A stretch of 64,000 nt of DNA from Octopus vulgaris. Taxonomy: Eukaryota. Positions within the stretch are counted from its first letter, which is position 1. The number at the start of each line of letters is the position of its first letter. The notes beneath the pieces were generated by a model, which saw only the letters and a program-made list of their open reading frames with translations, searched no databases and was not told the origin of the DNA. The stretch lies in assembly GCA_951406725.2 (NCBI GenBank), contig OX597814.1:147312001-147376000 (forward strand). The letters are read 5' to 3'. A program made the position numbers and the translations under genes. Below are positions 12,601 through 25,380 of the stretch, one piece after another.

Positions 12601-13189
12601 CTGAGTTTCGTTACGGAGGATGGCCACTTGCCGAGATGTTATCCCCACGTACTCTCGTTTCGTCCACGAGAAAGTTTGAGCTGAACGGTCTTGCTATTAA
12701 ATCAGTGGTTCATAGGTTTCTCTGAGTATGACAAATCACTTGAGTATTTGGATTGGTATATGAGAAGTGTTATTAAAAACATGCATCACTCAACGAAAAA
12801 TAATAATTCAAAGCAGCCTTGAATAGTTGAATTGAAAGTAGTCTCAGGTATGATTAGGTTTAAAGGGTCGAGTGAGAGGTTTGTGGATTATATTAAGCTT
12901 ACTTTATTTTAAAAGTTTTTAGTACTTTCTTCCATATGTTGCATAATATTTTTTTGTCTTTCTCGTATCCTTGCTGGTAAAAGTATCTTTGTTTTCATAC
13001 ATTACTTTGTTTTCATATATTTCCTTCCGTTGCTCCTTTGTAACCATTAGTTAAATTATTTAATACCTTTTATCACTTAGAGCCCGAGAGGCGAAGAAAA
13101 AATATAATATTATTGTTGATGTTGCTGTTTTATAACACAGCAATGACACTGGAGAAGTAACAAAGCGTGAGCTGTCTACAATCAGCATA

Positions 13190-13850
13190 CTAAGATCAGA
13201 GCGATTGTTTAAACTTCTAGTAGCCAGCAGAAGACTCGTGCAATACTTACTTCTGTAGATGCTCTAACTCCGCATGTACCCTTAGCCTTTTTCAATCCAG
13301 TTTGTGAGCTGGGTTCTCATAGTAACTAAGACTCCAACAACAAAATGTATGACACAAACTTACTCCAATGACAACTGTCTTTTTATTTCCTACTCTATTT
13401 CATCATATCTGACGTACTTCAGTTTCGCTTCCCGATATTGTATCGTCTCCAAGGCTCTTTCCACTTTATTCACAACCACTATGTTCGGCTCTACACGCAG
13501 AATTTACTGATTACGTTGGAACATTACATCCAACAGTATCTTTACCGTTTCATTCTCAATTAGTTCTATGGTTTGCTCGTACTACGTCCTTGCCCTATCC
13601 AATGCATACTTGCCAGGCATCCCTCAATGAATCACTGTAGTGACATTATCGTGCGTTGCTTTGTACTACTTTCAGGCATGCGTCGAACATTCATACGCAA
13701 TATACCATATGATCACACACTTACCACCGGAATACCTGTACATGTCACTTTCAGCCGTATTGTCAATCGTGCGTTTAGTGTAATATGTCCTGAATGCATG
13801 TTCCTGTACAACACCAATATCGCTGGCTTCAAGCCACCCTTCATAAGCTA
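13190..13850 (-). mobile_element. Highly degraded R4/Dong-like 3' fragment
   Basis: Minus translation LMKGGLK, HDNVTTVIH, ENETVKILLD, PNIVVVNK, VIHFVVGVL, LEHLQK mirrors the REL-domain order. Confidence 0.65.
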
Positions 13851-14407
13851 GTGACGCATTCTATTGCCTTTTGTATTACTGCTGTCTTTCTTGAAAAGTC
13901 GCCATACATCGTTTCCTTTTTACATTCTATTAAATTTCATTTTAACTTTTTATATTTATTTGTACTTCTGTGTTCACGTAAGTATGTCTCTTGGTTGTAT
14001 CTGATATTGAGGTATTGTTACATACATCACAGATTAGTAGATGTCCTTGGATAAAAAACACGAAAACGCAGTAGTTTGCCTAGATGACACAGAAAAAGAA
14101 TGTTAGGAGTAATTTTAGGTTCTCAGTCACTGTCAACTGTCTACTTCTCATTATCATAGCTCACTTAAGAAATTACTATGGGCCAGAGTTACAAAAGAAA
14201 GATATTGGCCCAAGTTGACGCTTAGCATTTAATTTGGAACCACATCAAAAGTTTGAACCCATAATCAAAGACACGCGTATATACCCAAATACACGTATGT
14301 ATGTATGTATGTACGTATAATTTATGACTTTCTTTCCCTTACTAATTTTAACTATTGCTTTGGCTACTGCCACTTCCAGTCTTGCCAAGCCTACAGCCAT
14401 TGCTGAC

Positions 14408-14440
14408 GATGATGGATGATGATGATGATGATGATGATAG

Positions 14441-14475
<35 letters not shown>

Positions 14476-14583
14476 CATGATGATGATGATGATAATGATG
14501 ATGCTAAAAGGGAAAATGGTGTAGAAAACTATCATCACTATCATGATCATCGATTATTATTATCATTATTATCGTTATTAATA

Positions 14584-14659
<76 letters not shown>

Positions 14660-14745
14660 GTTGTTGTTGTTCTTGTTGCTGTTGTTGTTGTTGTAATTGT
14701 TTTTATTGTTGTTCTTATTATTATTATCATTAACATCATCATCGG
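14408..14745. repeat. (GAT)n/(TTA)n/(TTG)n compound microsatellite
   Basis: Direct reading. Confidence 0.95.
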
Positions 14746-15964
14746 TTTTTTTCTACTATTATTAATATTATTATTGCTATCATTATGAATATTATTACAA
14801 TACTGTTGATTTATACAACGAATATTTGAAATATGAAAATATTAAAGTATTATGACTTTCAAATTTAGTTCTTTCGATTAGCAAAAAATATCATTATCAC
14901 AATGAGACTGTCAGACGTTCACGCAATCAATCAATCAATAAATTAATAAGTCTGTCTGCATTCTACTAGAGTCTCTCTCAATGTAGGAATCAATCAAATT
15001 TGAATGGCTTCCCCTCCTATACTCTTTCTTTCTCTCTCTATTCTCCCTCACTCTTTGCCTTTATATGCACACAAACGTATATATACATACACATATATGG
15101 ATGCAAATGTCTATATGTGTGTGTGTGTAAGTTCGTGTATTTAAATGTCTATATATATGTGCATATATATATGCATTCACATATACACGTATATAGACAT
15201 ATGTATATACATGCATTTTTATGTGTGTTTGAGAGAATATATTTATGAGTGTGTGAGAGAGAGAGAGAGAGAGAGAGTGCGCGCATGTGTATTTATACGA
15301 ATGGGAGCACATTTTATATATATACATATATATATATATATATAAATATGTATATACACATGTATGTTTATATGTGTATATACTTATTTTCATACACACA
15401 TGAAAGTACACACTTTTATATAAATGAAGACACGCACCGTTACATAAATATATATATATATATGTGCATGAATACAAAATATTAACGTGTTTATGGCCTC
15501 TTCGTTCTTTACTGCGTTATATGTACATGCCTTATGTCATATGATATTCTACTCTGTTGCTTGCGGTCCATCCCCAAATGAGTCGAGTTATTTTATCTCA
15601 AACCCTTTGGTATACTTAAAAAAATATGGTCAAATAATTAATTAGCTATATTAATAATAGATAAATTCTGTCTGTCCGTCTGGGATCATGAATCTTACTC
15701 AACATTTGCTCTACATAGACAGATAACTTTTTTGGAATCAGGATGATCCCGAGAATGAAAACCCTGCCTTCATTTGGTTTTTGAACATTGAGGTCTGTTA
15801 TAAAAGCATTTAGGTTGCAATTTATTGCAGGTAAATCGACTGTAAGAGGTTTCGAAGCCATAGTACATGGGTTCCCTCCCTTAGCTTAAACTTTTACTAA
15901 GGAATGTAGGTTGTTGTTTTTTTATTCTTTTAGTCTCCTCGCATACACACACACCCAGAGTTAT

Positions 15965-16115
15965 ATACGAATATTTCAGTTAGTTTCAATCCATCAAATC
16001 AACCTGCAATGCCTCGGCCTGAGGCTACATTAGAAGGCACTTGCCCAAGGTGTGACGAACTGGGACTAATCCCGGAGTCATTAAATAAATCAAATCAATT
16101 TTTTACTACACAACT
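15965..16115 (-). mobile_element. Degraded SINE family B fragment
   Basis: agaaggcacttgcccaaggtgtgacgaactgggact matches agaagacacttgcccaagatgccacgcagtgggact of the 43.2-kb copy. Confidence 0.6.
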
Positions 16116-16293
16116 GCAAATTACCTTTAAAATCTGTACCACGTATTCAAGTAAACTTCCCTCCGATTTTATATACAACTAGATCTTGACGACTGCAATC
16201 GCTTCAAAATATTAAAACTTCATTTTCATCCCACTCATACACTTTCACTGTCTGTCGTCTGTGTGTGTGTGTGTAAGCATGTACAATAACGTA

Positions 16294-16500
16294 CGAAGGG
16301 TTGCTGGAAAGTTCCTTGCTTTAAGTTTATTGCGATAGCCCAAAATTCAGAGTTCTTCTACAGGGCTTAGGAAAACTCAAGGATAGCTGCAATAGGTCAG
16401 TGAATCTGAAAGGGGAATATGTTCAATAAAATCGTAATTCACTAATCCTTCTGCATTTTCTTTCACTCAAAGCCAAGAACATTTCAATCTCCGCCCCTCG
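16294..16500 (+). mobile_element. Mariner-derived MITE (~207 bp)
   Basis: TA|cgaagggttgctggaaagttccttgcttt ... aaagccaagaacatttcaatctccgcccctcg|TA imperfect TIRs. Interior encodes a transposase C-terminal remnant (GLGKLKDSCNRSVNLKGEYVQ*). Confidence 0.75.
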
Positions 16501-16632
16501 TATTTAACAGTATTTTACTCCTATTTTACTTTCAATCTCATTTAGTGGCTGAAATGTGTCTGGGAGGAAATTCTCTTCATACCCAAAATGAGTGAGAGCA
16601 CATTGAACAACGAATGGTATCATTCGATCAGA

Positions 16633-16865
16633 GGCGGCGAGCTGGCAGAAACGTTAGCACGCCGGGCGAAATGCGTAGCCGTATTTCGTCTGCCGTTACG
16701 TTCTGAGTTCAAATTCCGCCGCGGTCGACTTTACCTTTTATCCTTTCGGGGTCGATAAATTAAGTACCAGTTTCGCACTGGGTCGATGTAATCAACTTAA
16801 TCCGTTTGTCTGTTGTCCTTGTTTGTCCTCTCTGTGTTTAGCCCCTTGTGGGTAGTAAAGAAATA
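16633..16865 (+). mobile_element. SINE family A, full-length monomer with 17-bp TSD
   Basis: Head ggcggcgagctggcagaaacgttagc...gagttcaaattcc (A/B-box-like). TSD ggtatcattcgatcaga (16616-16632) / ggtatcatccgatcaga (16866-16882). Confidence 0.93.
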
Positions 16866-17393
16866 GGTATCATCCGATCAGAAGTCGAAAGCGATTGTAT
16901 ATGTGTATGTGTGTGTGTGAGAGAGAGAGAAAGAGAAAGCGTTTTCATGCATACATTAGTGTTTCAGTATGTACTTCTAATAAGCGGAAGAGAAATAGGC
17001 ATTTAACATATAACTTCAATAAATGTTTTGAAACAATGTCACATGATTGTTATCCTTCATAAAATACTAATTCAGTGACAAAGTGCTCGTTTTAATTAAC
17101 AACACTGTATCATATATACGGCTAACAGACACTGGAATTATGTGGCGGTAACAATCACATTCATGATAGCTTATCATCTATATCTAATCATATGAAGCAT
17201 CACATAAATTAGCAATGGGTGGCCCATAAGTGTTTGCTTATTAGCTGATTAACGGATTAGCCACACACACACAGTGACAATACACAGACACGCACAGACG
17301 CATACACAGGTATAAGATCCAAATTGATATAGATATATATGTACAGTTATGTATAAGGTTATATACACTTAACTCTATATGTGTATAAATACA

Positions 17394-17434
<41 letters not shown>

Positions 17435-19499
17435 CACACACATGCATATAAATATATGTATATATATATATACATACACATATATGTATATATACGTATG
17501 TGTGTATGTATGTATGTTTATATATGTGTGTGTGTGTGTGTGAATTTATACATATATCCAGACACTCATACACGAATAAATATATATACATCCTCATATA
17601 TACCCTTATATGTGTGAGCAGGAAGATATGTGGATAGAACAGAATGAATGCTTTTGATTAGTCTGGTCAGCCAAATAGAAATGTCGTGCATGGTGGAGAC
17701 AGTATTGAAAATTGTGTTAGAGATTGGTGTGGATAAAACACGTTCATTAATTAGAAACCTAAATCGTAAGATACGTAAGTGTTTTACGAAATTTAATATC
17801 TGATGAAATGTAAGATGAGAACATAAAAAAAATGTTATCAGCTAATCTTTGTATACCTCTGTGTTTGTATGTGGAATATACGTTAGTGTATCTATATGGC
17901 TGCCTATGTTTCATTCTTTTTCTTTTCTTTCGTATGTGTGAAAAAGAAGACTAAAATTAGCTATAATAGGCACTATGACATATTGTCTATTGAGAAAGTG
18001 ACGTACTGTAAGAGAAACAAAGAAATAAGTGGCTTTGTAAGCCATATAGAAAATCAAGAAGGTAAAAGCGAGATAATGAGAATGCATGTGTGTGAGAATG
18101 AATGAGTGCGAGTGTAGTTATATTTGTGTGTATGTGTGCGTGTGTAGGTGTGTGCATATGATTGACAATATAAAGATGTAGAATGTAGCGGAATGTCAGA
18201 GGAAGCTAAGCTGACTAGTTAGTAATCATTTATCAAGGGAGTCTGTCTGAGAAAGAATGTGTGATAAAGATAAAAGCGGAATTAAATTAAATCCTTCAAA
18301 ATATAAAAAAAAAGATTATATATTGTAAATAATAACGTAACAATAAGTAACTTAGCGAACATAGGTTGAATACTATTTAGAAAAAGAGCAGAAATTTACC
18401 ATTAAGACTTCTTTCGAAATATTATATAATATGTTGTTTGACATACAGCATCTAATGCAAAATACATTTTACTGTGAAGATTGTTGAATTCACAACATAT
18501 TTACGTTGAGATAATAATTAATGGGGGGTTGCCATTTTACAATGCATTCAAAGCAATGAAGGTTATTCTAAGAATAATACGTATGGATTTTATCGGACAA
18601 CATAATAAACACAGTGTGGAAACATTTTGACGGAAATAATTAGCAGTACTAATTAGTCCTGCTAATCCTGATCGAGTAGGAGGAAATAGATGAGACCTAT
18701 GCGTACAAGAACTTTATCGAATATTTACATGACAACACACATGTAATACAAGGCCAGATCGAGCTCTAAGATGTTTACACAACAATGTATATCACCTTTA
18801 TGAGATATAGGGATAATTCTAGACGAAGCCCCAACTACTATTGAACTTGAGATAGTAAATAGAAGAAAATAACCTCAATTTAAAAATTATTTAATAACCA
18901 TCATTAATATAATTCAATACAAGTAAACACCTCGAAACCAATAACATAACAAGCACAACTATTAAAACTAACAAAGAACCTTACGAAAAAATAATGTCGA
19001 CCTTGACCTGCTTTAGACTACGCCATAACAATGACCGGGGTGCAGATGAGGTCAATAGAAAATACATATAAATAACAACACTCGCACCTCTCACAATACA
19101 CAAACAAAAATTTACTGCAATCAGTTACAATGACCAAATACACAGACCCTGATGAAGCCGAACCGACAATAAGGCGATGTTGCATATGCAAAAGTGGGTA
19201 GTCGCTGCAGCGGAAACATGTGTTACTCAATATAATATGCTGTATATAACTATAAAATAAAGTTTATGCATGTACAAGACACCATACACTTTCTTCTTAC
19301 TAATATTAATATATACTCTAGACAATTTCTGCCGTCCATCGAAGAGTACACGGAATTATCCAACGGTAGAATTCACGGAATGACTGACAACTAAATGCAG
19401 ACATAAAAGTCAGGTACTTATCGTTGTAGTTAGCCGTTGCCTGGAAATTAACTGAGAGATAATACGGTATCCGCCCGGATAATATATCCCTTCAAACTA

Positions 19500-19541
<42 letters not shown>

Positions 19542-19545
19542 TAGT

Positions 19546-19910
19546 GGAGGCGCAATGGCCCAATGGTTAGGGCAGCGGACTTGCGGTCGTAGGATCGCTG
19601 TTTCAATTTCCAGACCGGGCGTTGTAATTGTTTATTGGGCGAAAACACCTAAAGTTCCACAAGGCTCCAGTGGGAGATGGTGGTGAACCCTGCTGTCCTG
19701 TTTTAGCACAACTTTCTATCACTCTTTCTTCCTCTTTCTATTGTACCTGTATTTGTACCTGTACCAGCTTTGTCACATTCTGTGTCACGCTGAATCTCCC
19801 CGAGAACTACGTGTCTGTGGAGTGCTCAGCCACTTGCACGTTAATTTCACGAGCAGGCTGTTCCGTTGATCGGATCAACTGGAACCCTTGTTGTAACCGA
19901 CGGAGTGCCA
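19546..19910 (+). mobile_element. SINE family C (tRNA-derived head)
   Basis: Head ggaggcgcaatggcccaatggttagggcagcggact...; the internal segment recurs inverted at ~35110-35197. Confidence 0.75.
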
Positions 19911-19942
19911 CGATATATATGTATATGCATGTATGTATGTAT

Positions 19943-19973
<31 letters not shown>

Positions 19974-20023
19974 AATATATATATATATAGATAGATAGAT
20001 GTATATGTATGTTTGTATGTATG

Positions 20024-20072
<49 letters not shown>

Positions 20073-20339
20073 CTTTGTATGTGCATGTACACACACACAA
20101 ATATGCAGTGTGTGTTTTCCACTAATTAGAAAAGCCATAAACATTTGAGTGGACGTGAAATAGTTCTGTTTTGGGAGAGTGAGCATTTGACTCTACAGTA
20201 ATACAGTTTAAATATTAGATTCATTTGTCCATAAGACCCAAAAACGAAAGCAGACTCCTCAAAATCGTTGGTTATGACTGGTCAGGTTTTATTTTTAGCC
20301 TGCAGTTCTAATGAGTCGCCTATATTGCTAAGACTGATC

Positions 20340-20387
<48 letters not shown>

Positions 20388-20400
20388 GGGGGTGTATAAT

Positions 20401-20633
20401 AAATAAATGCGTCCTTTTCAACCTAGCCAGGCTCATGGGACCGGTTTCCCGGTTTCTATGGTGTATGTATTCCCCAGTCCATCTGAGCGTTACTCATTTT
20501 GCCATCTGAGTGTACTGGAGCAACGTGAAATGAAGTGTTTAGCTCGAGGAGAGAACGTGACGCCGGTCCAGGAATCGAAACCACAATCTTACGATCGTGA
20601 TGCTGACGTCCCAACCAGAAAACCACGCGCCTC
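20401..20633 (-). mobile_element. SINE family D (tRNA-derived head related to family C)
   Basis: gagcaacgtgaaatgaagtg...ggaatcgaaaccacaatcttacgatc...cacgcgcctcc recurs at 29340-29463 and 63770-63982. Confidence 0.8.
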
Positions 20634-20669
20634 CACACACACATATATATTTATATATATATATATACA

Positions 20670-20766
<97 letters not shown>

Positions 20767-20869
20767 TTGCTGGTGAGCATCTGCTTGGGCTTGTTGTTTA
20801 TCATTTCAAATCTGATCGAGGTTGTATATAATTCGAGCATGGTCTCTGAGTTTCACAAAAACAATTTAT

Positions 20870-21420
20870 CGATGCCTACGACTTAACATGTGACCAACTC
20901 ATTTTCTGATGCTTCCTTGTAACTTTGCGGAAATTAGACTTTTTTATTTCTCACAACCACGATATTTCTGTAGAATCCACACTTTATTTCAGTCATACTT
21001 GCGGTCTATGTGACCGTCGTCCAGAATCCAAGGGTCAATTAGTATTTTAGACACGATCATTCGGTTTTTTATTACTTAGATATAGTCTGCCCATCGACAA
21101 TTTCAATTTTCATCTATTTTTATGGCTTTGATGTATGATAGGCCAAAAGTATCCGCTTGTATTTTTTAGTAATCGGATGACCAAGATTAGCCAGAATGTC
21201 GTCATGATTCTTCAACGTGTTTGTCTTGGGTGGGAGTGGTGATGCTAATTATTATACTTCTAGTTGTAGTAGTGAACGTGGTCGTATTTCCAATGATTTT
21301 CTTCTATAGCCGAAGCTTTGGGATAAGCAATTTCTGTACCTAGACCTGATGGCGACAATATCAAGATCGTCTGCGAAATATTAACAAGAATTAATTTCCC
21401 GATAGTATTGTCACTGATTT
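20870..21420 (-). mobile_element. Very degraded RTE-like LINE fragment
   Basis: Minus strand YFADDLDIV near 21357-21380 and K*VGHMLSR near 20880-20905. Confidence 0.5.
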
Positions 21421-21648
21421 AAGTAACCTTCAAATAAACAGCGTTGTATCGACTACTTCCAATGATAATCTATATCTAAACATTGTAATTATAATACCGA
21501 TAAGCTCTCTGAATCTGTGAAATGATAGTGTCATCAGAACGGATATTTGCAATAATTACAGATGACCTACTGACTCTTAACTGATACTAGGTACATTAAT
21601 GATGTGAATAGAAAAAGCTGCATATATATATACACACACAATTCAGAT

Positions 21649-21700
<52 letters not shown>

Positions 21701-21969
21701 GAATTTTATGTTTGTGTGTGTATGTATATGAGTGTTTGTGTGTGTGTGTGTGTGTGTATTATGATTTCTCTTAGACATTACAGTACTGATAACCTGTTAC
21801 TACAACTGAATATAAGCTACAGTTATCCAATAGCTCAGTATAGAGCGCAATATCTAATGAAATGCACAGCAGTTCTGTAATCACTTCATTTAGATTCGAG
21901 TTATTTGTGCTTCAAATAAGCGTGCTGCAAGTAAGGCATAACATATCTAATATATTGATATGTGTGTAG

Positions 21970-22248
21970 GGTAGCGAACTGGCACAATTGTTATTACGCT
22001 GGGCGAAATGCTTAGTGGTATTTCGTCTGCCGCTACGTTCTTCGTTCAAATTCCGCCGAGGTCGACTTTGCCTTTCATCTTTTCGGGGTCAATTAAATAA
22101 ATGCCAGTTACGCACTGGGGTCGATATAATCGACTTAATCCGTTTGTCTGTCCTTGTTTGTCCATCCTTCGTTTAGCCACTTGTGGGTAGTAAAGAAATA
22201 GGTATTTCGTCTGCTGCTACGTCCTGAGTTCAAATTCCGCCGAGGTCG
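21970..22248 (+). mobile_element. SINE family A plus start of a second unit
   Basis: Full unit to aaagaaata (22200), then ggtatttcgtctg...cgaggtcg. Confidence 0.9.
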
Positions 22249-22291
22249 GAATGTGCGTATATATCTATGTATGTGTGTGTATCTACGTGTG

Positions 22292-22357
<66 letters not shown>

Positions 22358-22899
22358 AGTGAGTGTGCTTATATATGGGTACTCCAGGAAACCTATATGT
22401 TTTCCAGACGAAAGATTTCCAGACAATAGACATGAGTTGCCATGAGTAAAAATAAGAACAGTAATGAATGAGTGAAGAACGAATATATAAAGTGCATGTT
22501 TATTCGGGGAAAAATACCATCCCGAAATACAATATGTGTGTGTGTGTAGGTGAATGTGTGACTGTGTGGTAAGAAGCTTGCTTCTGGTCGTACGACGTGG
22601 TAGTGCTTTTTGTGCGGGCAAGCGTTTTGTTATTGTTGGATTCCGTTTTTTTTGGGATCGTTGCCGTTGTTGTATTTGTTGAACTGTATTTATTTTTACT
22701 ATTCCCCGGTACACCGGGATATAGGAACTGTTAAATTTAATTCTATGGCCATTGTGGCCATTGTTTTTTTCGGAATGTCGATCGAATTTATTAAAAAAAA
22801 ATGTACTCTCGAGGAGAGCGGTGTTAAAGTTGGCGGAGGTGCTATCACTGTAAAAAGACATTTCGGCAGTTGCCGCAGTGGCAACTGAAACCATTGAAA

Positions 22900-23925
22900 T
22901 TTCAGTCGAAAAAGAATTGAGTAGGATGGTGATATTAAGACATCACCCGCCTCCAATGCAATACAGACACAAATAAAAACTATTATAGTAAAATCCTACT
23001 GAATCGAGAATAAGCGGTTTAAACATTTCGAAAAGGACAAAATAGAAAATGTCTGGCCCCTATATGGAAGGACATTGCATGTATTGCAAGGGGAAATGCA
23101 TAAACCACAATCGAAATCAGGTTCGCAACCGAGGAGAAGGCCCACAGATACTCTGTGAGGCCCCTGAAAGCAAATGCGGTGGTGCTTGTACCAACCTACA
23201 TAGAGAAGCGCACTACCGTGTAAAGGTGACAGAGGTGCCACCAGATATCGACCCAAGTGAAGTGATGGCTGCTCTGTTAACAAGACAGAAAAACTAACAA
23301 TTTTGCAGATAATATGCTCTGCTCCCCAGAACTGTCTGGGATAGAGCATTTCAGCCATATTTCAGAGGGCACCGGAATATATAGAAATTCTTCCACACAG
23401 GTTGCTCGTGGGTGATAATGTGGTCCTTCGAATGACTGCGAAGAAAGAAAATAGAGAGATGAGGAAAAAACAAAAAGAGACAAATCTGTACAGACACCAC
23501 GCCCTACATCTGAAAGAGAACCCAAGTTCACACACACACACCAGCCGCCACAAAAATAGACACTACCCCACATACCCCACGGGAGAAAGCAGCACTTCAC
23601 CACAAATAACAATAAAAAAGCCCGCCCCATCTCCCCAAGAAAAGAAAAAGACGATAAAAGTTTGGTACAATACAATATTAAAGACATCTACATGGATGAA
23701 GTAATCAAAAACCATCATACGACCAAAATATACCCTCAACATAGGGGTATGGACGAGAGGTGTGCCTGGATAGAGGAAATCCTATATAGGCAGCTGAAGG
23801 AGAAGCATCCGAAGAACATCATGAGGATTACAGCCCTGTCCTGCTACTTGTAGAAGGAGGATAAGGAATGGGCTGCCTCACGTGTGATGAGATCAGCCCC
23901 AATATCACCAGTTAAGATTAAGTAG
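22900..23925 (+). pseudogene. Tx1-like ORF1, frameshifted
   Basis: Across a frameshift reads DKIE.CLAPIWKDIACIARGNA*TTIEIR, homologous to DAIEKCLLPICRGIKYANRGRLFSTVELR in ORF 39528-40076; lies upstream of the APE ORF. Confidence 0.65.
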
Positions 23926-23952
23926 AACCTTTACTTTTCCCCATTGTTTTTA

Positions 23953-25380
23953 ATGGCTGCACTTAACCTTGTATGTTTGAATGTGCGTGGTCTGAACTCG
24001 AATTGGAATCAAGCCAGTTTCCTTGACGACCTCAGATCACACGATATGCATGTGATGGTTGCTACAGAGACCAAGCTTGATTGTCTACAAACGTTCTCAT
24101 CCCTCCTGAATGGCTATGAGAAAATAATGTCTCCTGGCAAGATCGGAGGTCGAGTGGTGGGTAGTTGTACTAATCCGAAAAGGCTTGGCTCTGCAGACAA
24201 GTACTGTGTATGTAGACCCAGAAGGTGAGCTGGTCGTCCTTGATGTATAAGATGGAGATTAACCTGAAAGCTTTACAGCACTAAAGCCTTCAGGTTCTAT
24301 GCAGATTGTGCTAGAAGATTACAAACTACTTTTTATCGGTGTTAGGTGACTTAAACTATCGTTGACGCACGCATCGATAGCGTTGGATCTACTGGTAGGA
24401 AAGCAAACTCACGCCTCGTAAATCTGCTTAAGTGCATTCAGCTAGCAGATCGTTACAGGCTTGACCATCCGAACGTCGCAGAGTGGATCTGGTTGAATGG
24501 CGACGAAAGGCCCAAGTCTTACTTAGACAGGATAGTGACAAGAACTAGAAATAACGATAGTTTTAGCTGTCCACAGCTTATCCAAGTAGCTTACACTGAC
24601 CATAGAATGATTAAGTGTAGATTGGACATAGTACAGTTTAAAGAGAATCCGGCTAGTGGAAGCTAAACAAGTCTATTTTGACTTGCGTGGCAAATCGTAG
24701 ACGGATTAAGGAATTAGTACAGAGGGCGTTAAGCGGTGATGGTTCGCACTCAAGAGAGCCATTCGATTCGAGTATGTTAGGTTTAGTCACCAGCTAAGAC
24801 TAGATAAGGCTAGAATATAAGGGCAACTAGTTAAGGACCAAGAGGAGGCATTGTGGTTGGGCTCTGCATCCCAGAGTTTGGGACGCAGAGTTCGGGCTAA
24901 TGTGCGCACATTGGGCCGAGAGGGAATTAATGTTGCCGGATGGGCCCGTACGGTAGAAACCCAGCCTGGTTATGATGCGACAATAAGGTCTCTTATTGAT
25001 GGAAGTTCGGTAGAGGGACAGGACGAGATGTCTGATGCGCTTTACAAGTTGTTCGGGAGGGGTGGGACGCTGGATCATGGTGAGGCCCTTAGGGTCTTCC
25101 TATCTAGTGGCACGCGTTTATCAGTACGAGAGGCTCAGTGCTGTGAAGGGCCAATCACGGCCGAGGAGGTGATCGATGTGCTAGGCGAGTGCCCCGGGGA
25201 GGAGTCGCCGAGTCTCGGTGGTCTCCCCTATGAATTTTATAAAAGTATGTCAGACTAACATCTACACCAATTGGCTGCAGAATGGGAGAATTCCCAAGTC
25301 TGCGAGTCTAGGGGTGGTGACGTTTATCAAGAAGGACCCGAGAAGGGGGGCGGGTGAAATAGGAAATTTCAAGCCCAAGT
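23953..25380 (+). pseudogene. ORF2 remnant: apurinic-type endonuclease and start of reverse transcriptase
   Basis: MAALNLVCLNVRGL, VATETKL, GDLN, SYLDRI, YTDHRMI, WKLNKSIL, PITAEEV..SPSLGGLPYEFYK, VVTFIKKDP..NFKP, then truncation. Confidence 0.88.

Noticed and set aside
15646-15861. Non-repetitive 71-aa ORF and nearby cag|gtaaat donor-like site
   Set aside because: The plus-strand frames I checked contain stops and there is no recognisable protein; not supportable as an exon.
16633-16720. tRNA-like sequences with A/B boxes (also 19546, 46047)
   Set aside because: They are SINE heads continuing into core and tail; no proper cloverleaf, so not tRNA genes.
22283-22894. 203-aa minus-strand ORF, the longest in the window
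   Set aside because: Antisense to the Tx1-like 5'UTR and runs through a SINE head and microsatellite.
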